Below are positions 12,331 to 21,571 of a stretch of DNA of 64,000 nt, piece after piece (within the stretch, counting starts at the first letter, position 1; each line of letters opens with the position of its first letter). Position numbers and translations under genes: made by a program. The stretch lies in the NCBI GenBank assembly GCA_036504055.1, contig DASXVU010000045.1:6147-70146 (forward strand), given 5' to 3'. Under the pieces are notes generated by a model. It saw nothing but the letters and a program-made list of their open reading frames with translations. It was not told where the DNA came from and did not search any database. The stretch is from Methanomassiliicoccales archaeon. Its GTDB lineage: Archaea; Thermoplasmatota; Thermoplasmata; Methanomassiliicoccales; UBA472.

Positions 12331-12344
12331 ATTCATTAATGAAT
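12331..12344. promoter_or_regulatory. Perfect 14-bp palindrome ATTCATTAATGAAT in the metY / padR divergent intergenic region
   Basis: Read directly from the sequence. It lies ~90 bp upstream of the PadR start and is flanked by AGAAT...ATTCT arms. It is a candidate operator. Confidence 0.4.
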
Positions 12345-12432
12345 ATTCTAGACTGGTCAAATACGAACTCCATGAATTTAAGCCTCAAGGAATGGCAAGG
12401 TTCATATTATATTATTATAATATCCTATACCT

Positions 12433-12975
12433 GTGATATCCGACATCGAGGCGGCGATTCTTGGTCTGCTTTGCGAGAGATCTCAATACGGATACGATCT
12501 GGACCGCACCATCGAAGAAAGAGGAATGCGCAACTGGACCCAAATAGGATTTTCCTCGATATATTACGTGCTAAAGCGCCTGGAAGGATCGGGACTTATC
12601 ACCAGCATTCTCGAGACGGTAGAGGGCAAACCTTCCCGGAGGATCTACACCGTAACCGATCTGGGAAGGACGGCAATGAAGGAGAAGATCGTCGATGTTC
12701 TGTCCAGATGCCCAAAGCTGGTCTCGCCGTTCGACCTGGGGCTGGCTAACATGGACATGCTCACCCGAGAAGAGGCGGTCGAATGCCTCACAAAGCATGT
12801 GGAAGCGTTGAACGAAAGGGCCCGGTTCTTGGAACGAGCTATCGCCGAGAGCATGGGACGGGGCGATCCTTATAGGGTGACCCTCCTGTTCGAGCTTCCC
12901 CTGGTCCATCTGGAAGCGGAGCGAGAATGCATTGACAGATTGATCGTTCGGTTAGAAGAGGGAGAAAGGTTGTAG
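12433..12975 (+). CDS. PadR-family transcriptional regulator
   Basis: A winged-helix PadR signature is present (ILGLLCERSQYGYDLDRTI...SSIYYVLKRLEGSGLITS...GKPSRRIYTVTDLG). The start is GTG, and an AT-rich TATA-like stretch lies immediately upstream. Confidence 0.85.
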   Translation: MISDIEAAILGLLCERSQYGYDLDRTIEERGMRNWTQIGFSSIYYVLKRLEGSGLITSILETVEGKPSRRIYTVTDLGRTAMKEKIVDVLSRCPKLVSPFDLGLANMDMLTREEAVECLTKHVEALNERARFLERAIAESMGRGDPYRVTLLFELPLVHLEAERECIDRLIVRLEEGERL

Positions 12976-12984
12976 GGCGATATC

Positions 12985-14205
12985 ATGCAAAAGGACCTGA
13001 CGATAGAAGGGTTTCAGACCCTGGGAGGGAAACACTGCTGGTCTGCATCGGCCAGATCGGTGCTGAACTACCATGGAATAGAACTGTCGGAAGAGATGGT
13101 CTTCGGACTCAGCGGCGGATTGTCGTTCATCTACTGGTATGGTAAGGGTATGCCGGCCCCTTTCGTCGGGGGACGGTACGGCAAAGGGAACGAACCGCTG
13201 GCAGACACATTCAGACGGATCGGGGGGGATGTGACCGTCAAGGAAACCTCCAGCGGTTCGAAGGCTGCAAAGGACCTTGTGGATTCGATGATGAGAGGTG
13301 AACCGGCCATCGTCTTCGTGGATATGGCCTACCTACCCTACATGATGATGCCGGAGGATGCCCATTTCGGAGGACATACTATAGTTGTGCACGGGGTGAG
13401 CACCGATGGGATCGCACACATAAGTGACAGGAGCGTCGTCCCCTTTGCCCTGAAAATGGATGATCTGCAGAAGGCCAGGGGATCGAAGTTCAATCCTTTC
13501 CAGCCCAAGAACAGGATGCTGCTGCCCCGCTATCCAGATGAAGTATCCGACCTGGCCCCGGGTATAAGGCAGAGCATAGCGAACTCCTGTGACTCGATGC
13601 TCGACCCTTCGATATCCAACCTTGGGCTGAAAGGAATGAAGAAATGGTCGATGGAGGTCCGGAAATGGCCGGTCAGCTTCAAAGGCATGGCATTATTTGG
13701 ATGCCTCCTGAACCTGTTCATCTATATCGAGATCGGAGGCACCGGAGGAGGGGCGTTCAGGCCCATGTATGCGGATTTCCTGGATGAATCAGCGCGCATG
13801 ATCGGCGCCCCGGAACTTACCTCGGTGGCCTCTGAGTTCAGAAAATGCGGTAGCATATGGTCGGAGATAGCCAGGGAGGCCATGCCGGACGAGTGGGGAT
13901 CTCTGGCCCAGGCGAGGCGCCTCATGGTGAAGAAGAACGACCTGTTCGAGCGGGAAGGCCCGCACGCTCGGGATAGGATCTGCGAGATCAACCGAGAGCT
14001 CGACGGAGAGTTGAAAGGCACCATCAAGGCGGAATTCGATTCCCTGAGCCCTTCCCGGGCATTAAGCCTCGCGGAGAACCTGAGCGGACTGATCCATAAC
14101 CTGGAGAAGGCCGAATCGGATGCATTCGATACGCTGCGCGGGGTCATCTCACGGGCCGATGATCGGCCCGGGAATGAAAACAATATAACCAAGGTACGGC
14201 CCTAA
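12985..14205 (+). CDS. BtrH_N-like (papain/C39-like) domain plus DUF4872-like protein
   Basis: The N-terminus (GKHCWSASARSVLNYHGIELSEEMVFGLSGGLSFIYW) resembles the BtrH N-terminal peptidase-like domain with its candidate catalytic Cys. The start is 9 nt after the PadR stop. Confidence 0.55.
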   Translation: MQKDLTIEGFQTLGGKHCWSASARSVLNYHGIELSEEMVFGLSGGLSFIYWYGKGMPAPFVGGRYGKGNEPLADTFRRIGGDVTVKETSSGSKAAKDLVDSMMRGEPAIVFVDMAYLPYMMMPEDAHFGGHTIVVHGVSTDGIAHISDRSVVPFALKMDDLQKARGSKFNPFQPKNRMLLPRYPDEVSDLAPGIRQSIANSCDSMLDPSISNLGLKGMKKWSMEVRKWPVSFKGMALFGCLLNLFIYIEIGGTGGGAFRPMYADFLDESARMIGAPELTSVASEFRKCGSIWSEIAREAMPDEWGSLAQARRLMVKKNDLFEREGPHARDRICEINRELDGELKGTIKAEFDSLSPSRALSLAENLSGLIHNLEKAESDAFDTLRGVISRADDRPGNENNITKVRP

Positions 14206-14222
14206 CGGGATGAGGCAATCGA

Positions 14223-15431
14223 ATGGTCCAGTTCCGTCCTTTCCAGGGATATGTCCCGAACATCGGCGCGCAAGATAAGGTCACCGACCGGGTATCCCCA
14301 CCCTACGACGTCATTTCAAAGGAGGAACTGGCGGAGCTTCAGTCCCATCCGCTGAACGTGACCAACATCACCCTGGGCGGGATCGATGGCAGGTACGAGG
14401 AAGCGGGTAGGAAACTGGCATCATGGATCGAGCAGGGCAGGCTGAGAAAGGATGAGAAGGAATCGTTCTACCTGTATCGGCAGACCTTCACTGAAAACTT
14501 TGAGAAACTGCGCCGAACTGGGATCATCGGCGTCCTTAGGTCGGAAGGCTACGACCCGGACGGGGTCATCCCCCACGAGGAGACGTTCTCCAAGGTCAAG
14601 GAGGACCGCCTGAACCTGCTGCGGGGGGTCGAGACCCATTGCGAATCGATATTCTGCCTGCACGATGGGCTGCCCGCCGACCTGGTCAGTATTATGAACA
14701 AGAGCGCGACCCCGGTCCTGGAATGGACCGAGAGGCAGGGAGTGACCCACTCGCTCCTACGCATATCTGACCCGATCGTGGTCAAGAGGATGATGACCGA
14801 GCTTGGTTCCAAGAGGCTGCTGATCGCTGACGGACATCACCGCTATGAGACATCCGTCCGATACGCCCAGGAGAATCCGACCGACGAACGCAAGCAGTTC
14901 GTCATGGCCACGCTCGTCTCCACCGACGACCCGGGTTTGATCGTAAGACCCACCCACCGGCTGCTATCCGGCATGGAGATCAGCGAGGACGACCTGATCG
15001 ACCGGTTGGAGGAGTTCTTCTACCTCCGCATCTTCGACCGCTTGCCGGAAATGATCGGCGCCCTCACCGCATCGAAAGAGACCGCCCTGGGCCTTTGGAC
15101 CAAGAACGAACGGTATATCCTCCTCGTGCCAAGGGAGACCGATCCCACGGATATGATGTGGTCGGTGGACACGTTCGTCTGTGAGAAGGTATTGCTGGAC
15201 AAGGTTGTAGTCCCGAACGCTGGCAAGGATTTCAGGATCTCCTACGACCACGACCCGATCTCCGTCGGTGACAAGATACAGAAGGGCGAGGCGGACATAG
15301 CGGTCATCCTGAACACCCCCAATCTTGAGGCGATCTGGCAAGTGGCGTTGGGAGGACGGGTCATGCCGAAGAAGTCGACATATTTCTGGCCCAAGATCTG
15401 GTCCGGATTCCTATACTACCGTATGAAGTGA
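14223..15431 (+). CDS. DUF1015-family protein
   Basis: Characteristic blocks are FRPFQGYVPN, VSPPYDVIS, HEETF and LLIADGHHRYETS. The length is 402 aa. Confidence 0.75.
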   Translation: MVQFRPFQGYVPNIGAQDKVTDRVSPPYDVISKEELAELQSHPLNVTNITLGGIDGRYEEAGRKLASWIEQGRLRKDEKESFYLYRQTFTENFEKLRRTGIIGVLRSEGYDPDGVIPHEETFSKVKEDRLNLLRGVETHCESIFCLHDGLPADLVSIMNKSATPVLEWTERQGVTHSLLRISDPIVVKRMMTELGSKRLLIADGHHRYETSVRYAQENPTDERKQFVMATLVSTDDPGLIVRPTHRLLSGMEISEDDLIDRLEEFFYLRIFDRLPEMIGALTASKETALGLWTKNERYILLVPRETDPTDMMWSVDTFVCEKVLLDKVVVPNAGKDFRISYDHDPISVGDKIQKGEADIAVILNTPNLEAIWQVALGGRVMPKKSTYFWPKIWSGFLYYRMK

Positions 15432-15435
15432 TCCG

Positions 15436-16344
15436 TTATCGGGATCCCATCCCGCAGGTGCTGTCCAGCACATTCCTTAGTTCCTTGAACCGCTCGGGAT
15501 TGAGCTTGAATGCTTCCATGCACTCCTTCGAGCAGAAGTGATAGGTCCCGTCCTGATACCGGTAGTCGAATTTGGCATCGGGAGCGCTGATCTCCTGGCC
15601 GCAGACCGGATCGATGGTGATGTGGCGTGCTCTGCCCACCATGAGCCTGGCCCCCATCTCATGACAATTGACGATGCTGTCAGCCCCTACCAGCCTCAGC
15701 TTGGCCTCATTGTTGTGATCCTCCACCTCGGATACCACCTGGATCTTCGGGTTCAGGGTCTTGGCCGTCAGGACCACGATCATGTTCTGGGAATCCTTCA
15801 TGGTGGCGATAAGACCCTTTGCGGTCGAGATGTTGGCCCTTTGCAGCACCTCTTCCGATTCGGCGTCGCCGGAGATGACCGGGACACCCTTTTCCACCAG
15901 GCCCTCCACCTTCCCACGGTCGTTCTCGATGACCAGGTACTTCTCGCCCTTCTTGACCAACTGGTCCAAGACCTCCCTTCCTACATTTCCGTATCCGCAA
16001 ATGATGTAATGATCCTTCATCCTGACCCTCCTTTCAGGCAGGCCCAGCTCTCTCCTCAGGTCACGCTTGATGGCCAGGTCGAACAGGCTCTGCAACGTGG
16101 AGACCCCGGCCGCTATTCCCATTACCATCACGACCGTCGCCGTGAACCGGCTGACGTCCGTGGTCGGTATGATGTCCCCATATCCGACGGTGAATACTGT
16201 CGTTATGGTAAAGTACAGGGACAGCAGGGGGTTTTCATGGACCGACGGTTCCACGAACGTGAAAGCGACCGTCCCCGATAGCAGGACCCCGGCGAATATC
16301 GAGATCGAATAGAGAAGCCTGCGGTTCATCCTTCGTTCGTCCAT
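15436..16344 (-). CDS. Two-TM K+ channel with an RCK/TrkA-N domain and a C-terminal YHS (TRASH-type) domain
   Basis: The selectivity filter is TTVFTVGYGD and the Rossmann motif is IICGYGNVGREV. The C-terminus DPVCGQEISAPDAKFDYRYQDGTYHFCSKECMEAFKLNPERF matches the YHS pattern. Confidence 0.85.
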   Translation of the reverse strand: MDERRMNRRLLYSISIFAGVLLSGTVAFTFVEPSVHENPLLSLYFTITTVFTVGYGDIIPTTDVSRFTATVVMVMGIAAGVSTLQSLFDLAIKRDLRRELGLPERRVRMKDHYIICGYGNVGREVLDQLVKKGEKYLVIENDRGKVEGLVEKGVPVISGDAESEEVLQRANISTAKGLIATMKDSQNMIVVLTAKTLNPKIQVVSEVEDHNNEAKLRLVGADSIVNCHEMGARLMVGRARHITIDPVCGQEISAPDAKFDYRYQDGTYHFCSKECMEAFKLNPERFKELRNVLDSTCGMGSR

Positions 16345-16420
16345 GGCCCCAAAGAACTAGAGATTCCCGACTATATTTCTATGTTGGAGGAACGGTCTTG
16401 AAACCGAGAACAGGAAAAAG

Positions 16421-16492
16421 AGCCACTGGAGGGAATTGAACCCTCGACCTATGCCTTACCAAGGCATCGCTATACCTCTAAGCCACAGTGGC
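16421..16492 (-). tRNA. tRNA-Thr (anticodon GGU)
   Basis: The reverse complement folds as a cloverleaf. The acceptor stem is GCCACUG/CAGUGGC, the anticodon arm is AUGCC-UUGGUAA-GGCAU and the T arm is GAGGG-UUCAAUU-CCCUC. CCA is not encoded, and an oligo-T run follows the 3' end. Confidence 0.9.
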
Positions 16493-16599
16493 AGTGTCAC
16501 TCCCCAACCTGATTACTATTGATAAATCTTTCTGAGTTGTTCCGCGCCATTGACGGTCCCAATGGCAAACCCTTTTGTCTATCCAGATGCTAAGGGACC

Positions 16600-18522
16600 G
16601 TGATGAAGGGAGAGATGAACGCATTCGATATCATGGCGATATCGGGCGAAATGCAGTCGCTTGTCGGCGGATTCGTTGACAAGGTGTTCAACTGGGACAA
16701 AAGGAACGTCCTATTCCGGATCAACACCCAGCAGGGAAAGATGGAACTCTACTTCAAGGGCACCAAGTGGCTCTTCGTGCCGGAATCGAAACCGGACGCC
16801 CCGGACACCCCTTCCAGCTTTGCCGTCCATGCGCGAAAGTTGCTCGGCAATGCCCGCGTGCTCTCGGTGGAACAACGAGAGTTCGACCGGATCCTGGTCC
16901 TGAAGGTGGCGAACAGGGAGGCCGCTTTCGACATCATCTTCGAGTTGTTCGGAGATGGTAACCTGCTCATAGTGGGCGATGGAAAGATCGTGAACTGCAT
17001 CGAACAGAAGAAGTGGCGTCACAGGGATGTGCTCATCGGCGCCGATTACCAGTTTCCCCTTTCCCGTTTCGATCCCAAGGTCGAGGACGAGGGCGGATTC
17101 AAGAAGGCCATCGCTGGCTCCACCGCTGATGTGGTCCGGACACTGGCCACCTCAGCCAACATCGGCGGGCAGTACGCAGAGGAAGTTTGTCTGCGATCCG
17201 GTATCGACAAGTCCCGAAAGGCCAAGACCCTCACCGACCAGGAGACCAACGGCCTGTTCCAATCCATCAGGGATGTGCTCGACTCCATCAAGGCCTCGCC
17301 CAGCCCCAGACTGATATACGACGGCGATCTGGTGGTCGACGTGACCCCGATCGAGCTGCGCATGCATTCCTCACTGCGTCCTGAAAAGAAGGCCACGATG
17401 TCGGAGGCCTTGGACATGTTCGTGAAGAGCGTCCGGGTGGAGGAGAAGAAGGAAGAGAAGGACGAAGAGCTGGAACGTCTCATCCGCCAGATGGAACAGA
17501 TGACCCAGAACGTCACCCGGCAACGCGAGGAATCGGAACGTCTGGCAGAACGGGCGAACTCATTGTACATCAACTATCAGCAGGCCACCGACCTGCTTGC
17601 CAGGCTGAAGGAGATCGCCTCCATGGGAGACTGGGAGGCTATCAAGTCTGCGATGCTGGGAATTCCCGGAGTGGTCACCGTAGACCCGAAGAACCACAAC
17701 GCCACGGTGAAGCTCGGAGAGTTCGAGGTGAAGGTGGACTACACCGCAGGACTGGAAGAGAATGCCAACCTCCTTTTCCTTGAGGCCAAGGAAGCAAAGT
17801 CCAAACTGGTGGGCGCTGAACAGGCCGCCAAGGAAACTGAACTGAAGATAGCCTCCCGAAGGAAGAAGGGAGAAGCCATGGCCCGTACCGCCGTCAAGGA
17901 GGTCAAACCTACGAAACGGTTCTGGTTCGAAGCCTATAAATGGTTCATCACCTCGGGTGGAAAGCTTGTGCTCGCCGGTCGCGACGCCCGAGGCAACGAT
18001 CAGGTGGTAAAGAAGCATCTGACTTCGAAGGACCGGTACGCCCATGCGGACGTCCATGGGGCTCCGTCAACGATACTCAAAGAGGGCGGAACGGCCACGG
18101 AGGAGGAGTTGCGTGAACTGTGCCTGTTCGCGCTGGCGCATTCCAAGGCCTGGAACGCCGGAGTGAGCGAAGGGACCGCCTATTGGGTGGAACCGGACCA
18201 GGTGACCAAGACCCCCGACGCGGGTGAGTTCGTGCCGAGGGGCGGATTCGTAATAAGAGGGAAGCGCAATTACGCTCACCACCTGCCGCTTGAACTCGCC
18301 GTAGGGGAGATATCCTACGAGGGTGCCAGAAAGATAATGTCCGGCCCGAGGTCGAGCGTGGAGAAACTGTCCACCAAATACGCAGTGATAGTTCCGGGAA
18401 AGAACACCGGAGGGAATGCGTCCGCCGTCCTGGCCAAAATATTCGGCGTCCCCGAGGAAGAGATCGCCAGGATCCTTCCGCCAGGTGAGGCGGAGATCAA
18501 AGAGAGGCATAATCTAGAATAG
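16600..18522 (+). CDS. NFACT-family protein (Rqc2/NEMF/FbpA homologue; NFACT-N, coiled coil, NFACT-R/DUF814)
   Basis: The N-terminal NFACT-N-like region is followed by a long charged coiled coil. The C-terminal DUF814 block is (FWFEAYKWFITSGGKLVLAGRDARGNDQVVKKH...DRYAHADVHGAPS). The start is GTG at 16600 or ATG at 16603. Confidence 0.8.
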   Translation: MMKGEMNAFDIMAISGEMQSLVGGFVDKVFNWDKRNVLFRINTQQGKMELYFKGTKWLFVPESKPDAPDTPSSFAVHARKLLGNARVLSVEQREFDRILVLKVANREAAFDIIFELFGDGNLLIVGDGKIVNCIEQKKWRHRDVLIGADYQFPLSRFDPKVEDEGGFKKAIAGSTADVVRTLATSANIGGQYAEEVCLRSGIDKSRKAKTLTDQETNGLFQSIRDVLDSIKASPSPRLIYDGDLVVDVTPIELRMHSSLRPEKKATMSEALDMFVKSVRVEEKKEEKDEELERLIRQMEQMTQNVTRQREESERLAERANSLYINYQQATDLLARLKEIASMGDWEAIKSAMLGIPGVVTVDPKNHNATVKLGEFEVKVDYTAGLEENANLLFLEAKEAKSKLVGAEQAAKETELKIASRRKKGEAMARTAVKEVKPTKRFWFEAYKWFITSGGKLVLAGRDARGNDQVVKKHLTSKDRYAHADVHGAPSTILKEGGTATEEELRELCLFALAHSKAWNAGVSEGTAYWVEPDQVTKTPDAGEFVPRGGFVIRGKRNYAHHLPLELAVGEISYEGARKIMSGPRSSVEKLSTKYAVIVPGKNTGGNASAVLAKIFGVPEEEIARILPPGEAEIKERHNLE

Positions 18523-18531
18523 GAGAATAAT

Positions 18532-18608
18532 TGGCGCCCGAGCCGGAATTTGAATCCGGGTCTGGAGGTTCGCAGCCTCCTAGGATATCCAAGCTACCCC
18601 ACTCGGGC
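18532..18608 (-). tRNA. tRNA-Arg (anticodon GCG), CCA encoded
   Basis: In the reverse complement the acceptor stem is GCCCGAG/CUCGGGC, the anticodon arm is GGAGG-CUGCGAA-CCUCC and the T arm is CCGGA-UUCAAAU-UCCGG, followed by G-CCA. The D stem is weak and the variable loop is 4 nt. Confidence 0.85.
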
Positions 18609-18651
18609 CTTTTTCTAAACACGGAAAACGACATCCAGTCGCCGCCGCGCA

Positions 18652-19524
18652 TCAATAGGACGTGCTCATGTCGAGCTTGCCCTTCTTTCTGGCAAGATAG
18701 TCCGCATACTTGAATATACCGGTGGAGAAGACTAGGAATATCCCCGCCGAGAGGAGCAGAAAAGAGAGTATCTGGACGTTGGAAAAATCCCCCAACCCGC
18801 TGATGGTGGATATGCCCGAACCGGGAAGCATCGCCCTCCTGGTGATCTCAAGCCAGTAGGTGATGGGTATGGCCTGACCGATCGCCCTCCCCCAATCGGG
18901 AAGGACGGTGAGCGGGAAGATCGCCCCGCAGAACAGGTAGAAGATGCCGGCCACGCCCTCATTGATGCCGTAGCCATGCTTGGCGGTCAGGAAGGTTATC
19001 CCGGCCAGGGCCACCCCGATCGAGACCATGCAGAGCAGGCCGATCAACAGCGCCAGCGCCAGCAGTGGCCAGTCAATATTCAGCATCGCCAGGGGAAGTT
19101 GCAGGACCAACATCCCGAAGGCCAGAGTGATTATCACCGCGATTCCGGCCACGGCGATCTTGGCCATGGCCCTCCCGATCAGGTAGACGAACAGACTGAT
19201 CGGGGCCATGTAGATCTGCTTCAGGGTCTGGTAGTGCTCCCGGTCCTCGTGAATGACCCAGGTCGTCCCGAAAAGCGCCTGGCCGATGAAGATGTAGAAT
19301 GCGTTCCCGAGGTACATGTAGGAGAAGAACGTCGGATCCCCGGTCACCCCTCCGAACACGATCAGGTACATGATGACGACGATGAGGGTCCCGGCTATGG
19401 GCTTGGCAATGGAATAGATGACGAACAGGTACCAATTGGTCCAATTCGCCTCCATCTGCCACCCCAGCCAGGATGCCCAGCGGAAGGTCCGCCAATGGGT
19501 CGAGAGCTGTTCCCTCACTGCCAT
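18652..19524 (-). CDS. ABC-2 type transporter permease
   Basis: A 290-aa polytopic membrane protein. Its start overlaps the stop of the upstream permease gene in an ABC operon. Confidence 0.75.
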   Translation of the reverse strand: MAVREQLSTHWRTFRWASWLGWQMEANWTNWYLFVIYSIAKPIAGTLIVVIMYLIVFGGVTGDPTFFSYMYLGNAFYIFIGQALFGTTWVIHEDREHYQTLKQIYMAPISLFVYLIGRAMAKIAVAGIAVIITLAFGMLVLQLPLAMLNIDWPLLALALLIGLLCMVSIGVALAGITFLTAKHGYGINEGVAGIFYLFCGAIFPLTVLPDWGRAIGQAIPITYWLEITRRAMLPGSGISTISGLGDFSNVQILSFLLLSAGIFLVFSTGIFKYADYLARKKGKLDMSTSY

Positions 19525-20327
19525 CTCAGGGTCAGCCTCCCTTCCCTCTTGCCCATGTTCTCCATATACTCCAGGAAATGCCTGGCCAGGAAGAAGAACG
19601 CGACCGCCAGCACTGCCAGGATGATGATCTCAAGGTCGACCGGCAGGAACCCGTTGGAGCTGACGCCGAACAGCAGCTGGCGCATGCCGTCAAGGCCCAG
19701 GGTTATGGGGAGTATGGAGGCCCCTAACGCCACCCAGTAGCCCAGGGCCTTCACCGGGAAATAGAATCCCGACACCAGATAGATCGGTTCCTGCAGCAGC
19801 GAGGTCATTTGCATTGCCGAGCGTCCCCACATCAGGAACAGGGAGGAGAACATCATTCCCATGCCATAGAGCGCGATGAGCGTCAAAGAGAAGACCAGAG
19901 CAAGCTCCAGCGGTTGTGCCAGGGTAAGCTGTACATTGAACAGGAACACGCCCAGGAGCACGGTCGAGACCGCCCTGATGGTGGTCATGAGCATACCTCC
20001 GAGAGCCATACCGGCCAGCACGCTCATGCGGGACATCGGGGCGAGCATGTACAGCTGCAGATTGCCCACCTCCTTCTCCCAGTAGAACTGCGTCGCCATG
20101 GACCACAGCACGTTCATCCAGTAGGCGGTCATGGCTCCGCCGATCACAATGAAGCCGGTATACATCTCCGGGGCGTTCATGGCCCGGTAGTAGAATATGT
20201 ACGCGGCGATCCCTAGCAGCGGCAGGAAGATGTCGAAGAGGATCCATGACGGTTCCCGCATGACCCCGAGGACACGGGGATAGGCCCGCCCGATGATCGC
20301 TCTTCCGTTCAGCCGCCAATCGGTCAT
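19515..20327 (-). CDS. ABC-2 type transporter permease
   Basis: A 270-aa polytopic membrane protein. Its start overlaps the ATPase gene by 4 nt. Confidence 0.75.
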   Translation of the reverse strand: MTDWRLNGRAIIGRAYPRVLGVMREPSWILFDIFLPLLGIAAYIFYYRAMNAPEMYTGFIVIGGAMTAYWMNVLWSMATQFYWEKEVGNLQLYMLAPMSRMSVLAGMALGGMLMTTIRAVSTVLLGVFLFNVQLTLAQPLELALVFSLTLIALYGMGMMFSSLFLMWGRSAMQMTSLLQEPIYLVSGFYFPVKALGYWVALGASILPITLGLDGMRQLLFGVSSNGFLPVDLEIIILAVLAVAFFFLARHFLEYMENMGKREGRLTLRWQ

Positions 20328-21286
20328 TCGAGCCCTCTCCCCACCATCTGTATGAACACATCCTCCAGCGTCGGCTCGTTCTTGCTGAGCGAGATTATCC
20401 TCGCGTTGCGCTGGGTGAGGTATGAGATGATGTCGGAGATGGAGGATTCATCCTCGGTCACCAGTTTCAGCACGGTGTGCTCGCCGGCGGTCTCCGCCGA
20501 GTATCCGGTGACGCCCCGGACCCTGGACAGACCGCTCGCATCGCTCAACGGTGTGGTCTCGATGCTGAACGTGGTGTTCTTCGAGATAAGCTTCTTGAGG
20601 TTACGGGGCGAATCGCAGGCCAGTATCCTTCCGTCGTTGATTATCGCCACCCGGTCGCATAGCTCGTCCGCCTCGATCATGTAATGGGTGGTAAGGAGCA
20701 GGGTCTTGCCCTTGTCTCCCTTGACCCAGGAACGAAGATGTTCGCGGATGATGAGGGAGGCGTTCACGTCCAGGCCGAGGGTCGGTTCGTCCAGATACAG
20801 CAGGTCCGGGTCGGTGACGAAACCGCGGACCACGTTCATCTTCTGCCGCTGGCCGGTGGAGATGGTTCGCACCTTGGCATCGCCTTTGTCCAGGAGGTCG
20901 AACTTGGCCAGGAGGTCGTCGATCGTCTCCTTGGCCTCCTTCCCCGGGATGCCATAGAACTGCGAGAACATCCAGAGGTTCTCCCTGACTGTGAGGAGCC
21001 CGTAGCCGGATGTCTCGCCTCCGGAGACCATGTTGATCCGGGGACGGATCTTGGCCGCTTCCTTGACCACATCGTATCCCAGCACTTTTGCTGATCCAGA
21101 TGATGGGAGCAACAAGGTGGACAGTATCTTGATGAGGGTGGTCTTGCCGGCGCCATTGGGCCCGAGAAGGCCAAAAAGCTCTCCTCCCTCGACCTCGAGG
21201 TCCAGATGGTCAAGGGCTACGCTGGGTGTCGACTTCTTTCCACCGAAAAGCCTAGTGAGGTCCCGGACCTCGATCGCCTTGACCAT
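20324..21286 (-). CDS. ABC transporter ATP-binding protein (DrrA/ABC-2 exporter type)
   Basis: Walker A is GLLGPNGAGKTT, the signature is ISTGQRQ and Walker B is LLYLDEPTLGLD. Confidence 0.9.
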   Translation of the reverse strand: MVKAIEVRDLTRLFGGKKSTPSVALDHLDLEVEGGELFGLLGPNGAGKTTLIKILSTLLLPSSGSAKVLGYDVVKEAAKIRPRINMVSGGETSGYGLLTVRENLWMFSQFYGIPGKEAKETIDDLLAKFDLLDKGDAKVRTISTGQRQKMNVVRGFVTDPDLLYLDEPTLGLDVNASLIIREHLRSWVKGDKGKTLLLTTHYMIEADELCDRVAIINDGRILACDSPRNLKKLISKNTTFSIETTPLSDASGLSRVRGVTGYSAETAGEHTVLKLVTEDESSISDIISYLTQRNARIISLSKNEPTLEDVFIQMVGRGLE

Positions 21287-21328
21287 GGCTCACACCGGAT
21301 TCTGGGGAGCCATGATATAGGTTTCGCC

Positions 21329-21520
21329 TTAGAATTCCTGGTTCTGCCAGTATCGGGATATGTACCCGGCGATGCGGTTCCTCATCACGATCGACGATAC
21401 GTCGGTGAGCTTGGATACCAGCACCTTGTTGTTCTCGAAATCGGCGGAAGTTGCCCGGGGGTACTTCTGCACGAGTTCCATAGCGACACGCTTAATGTAA
21501 GTTGGTCGGACGTTGCCCAT
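21329..21520 (-). CDS. rps17e: 30S ribosomal protein eS17
   Basis: MGNVRPTYIKRVAMELVQKYP... in a 63-aa protein is the typical archaeal S17e. Confidence 0.9.
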   Translation of the reverse strand: MGNVRPTYIKRVAMELVQKYPRATSADFENNKVLVSKLTDVSSIVMRNRIAGYISRYWQNQEF

Positions 21521-21571
21521 AATAACGACCTTGAGTGAGCGCCAAAAGAGTTCAGTCTATATAAGGCTTTT

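Noticed and set aside
18531-18713. 60-aa plus-strand ORF.
   Set aside because: It is the translation of the antisense strand of tRNA-Arg plus flanking spacer. The tRNA explains the region.
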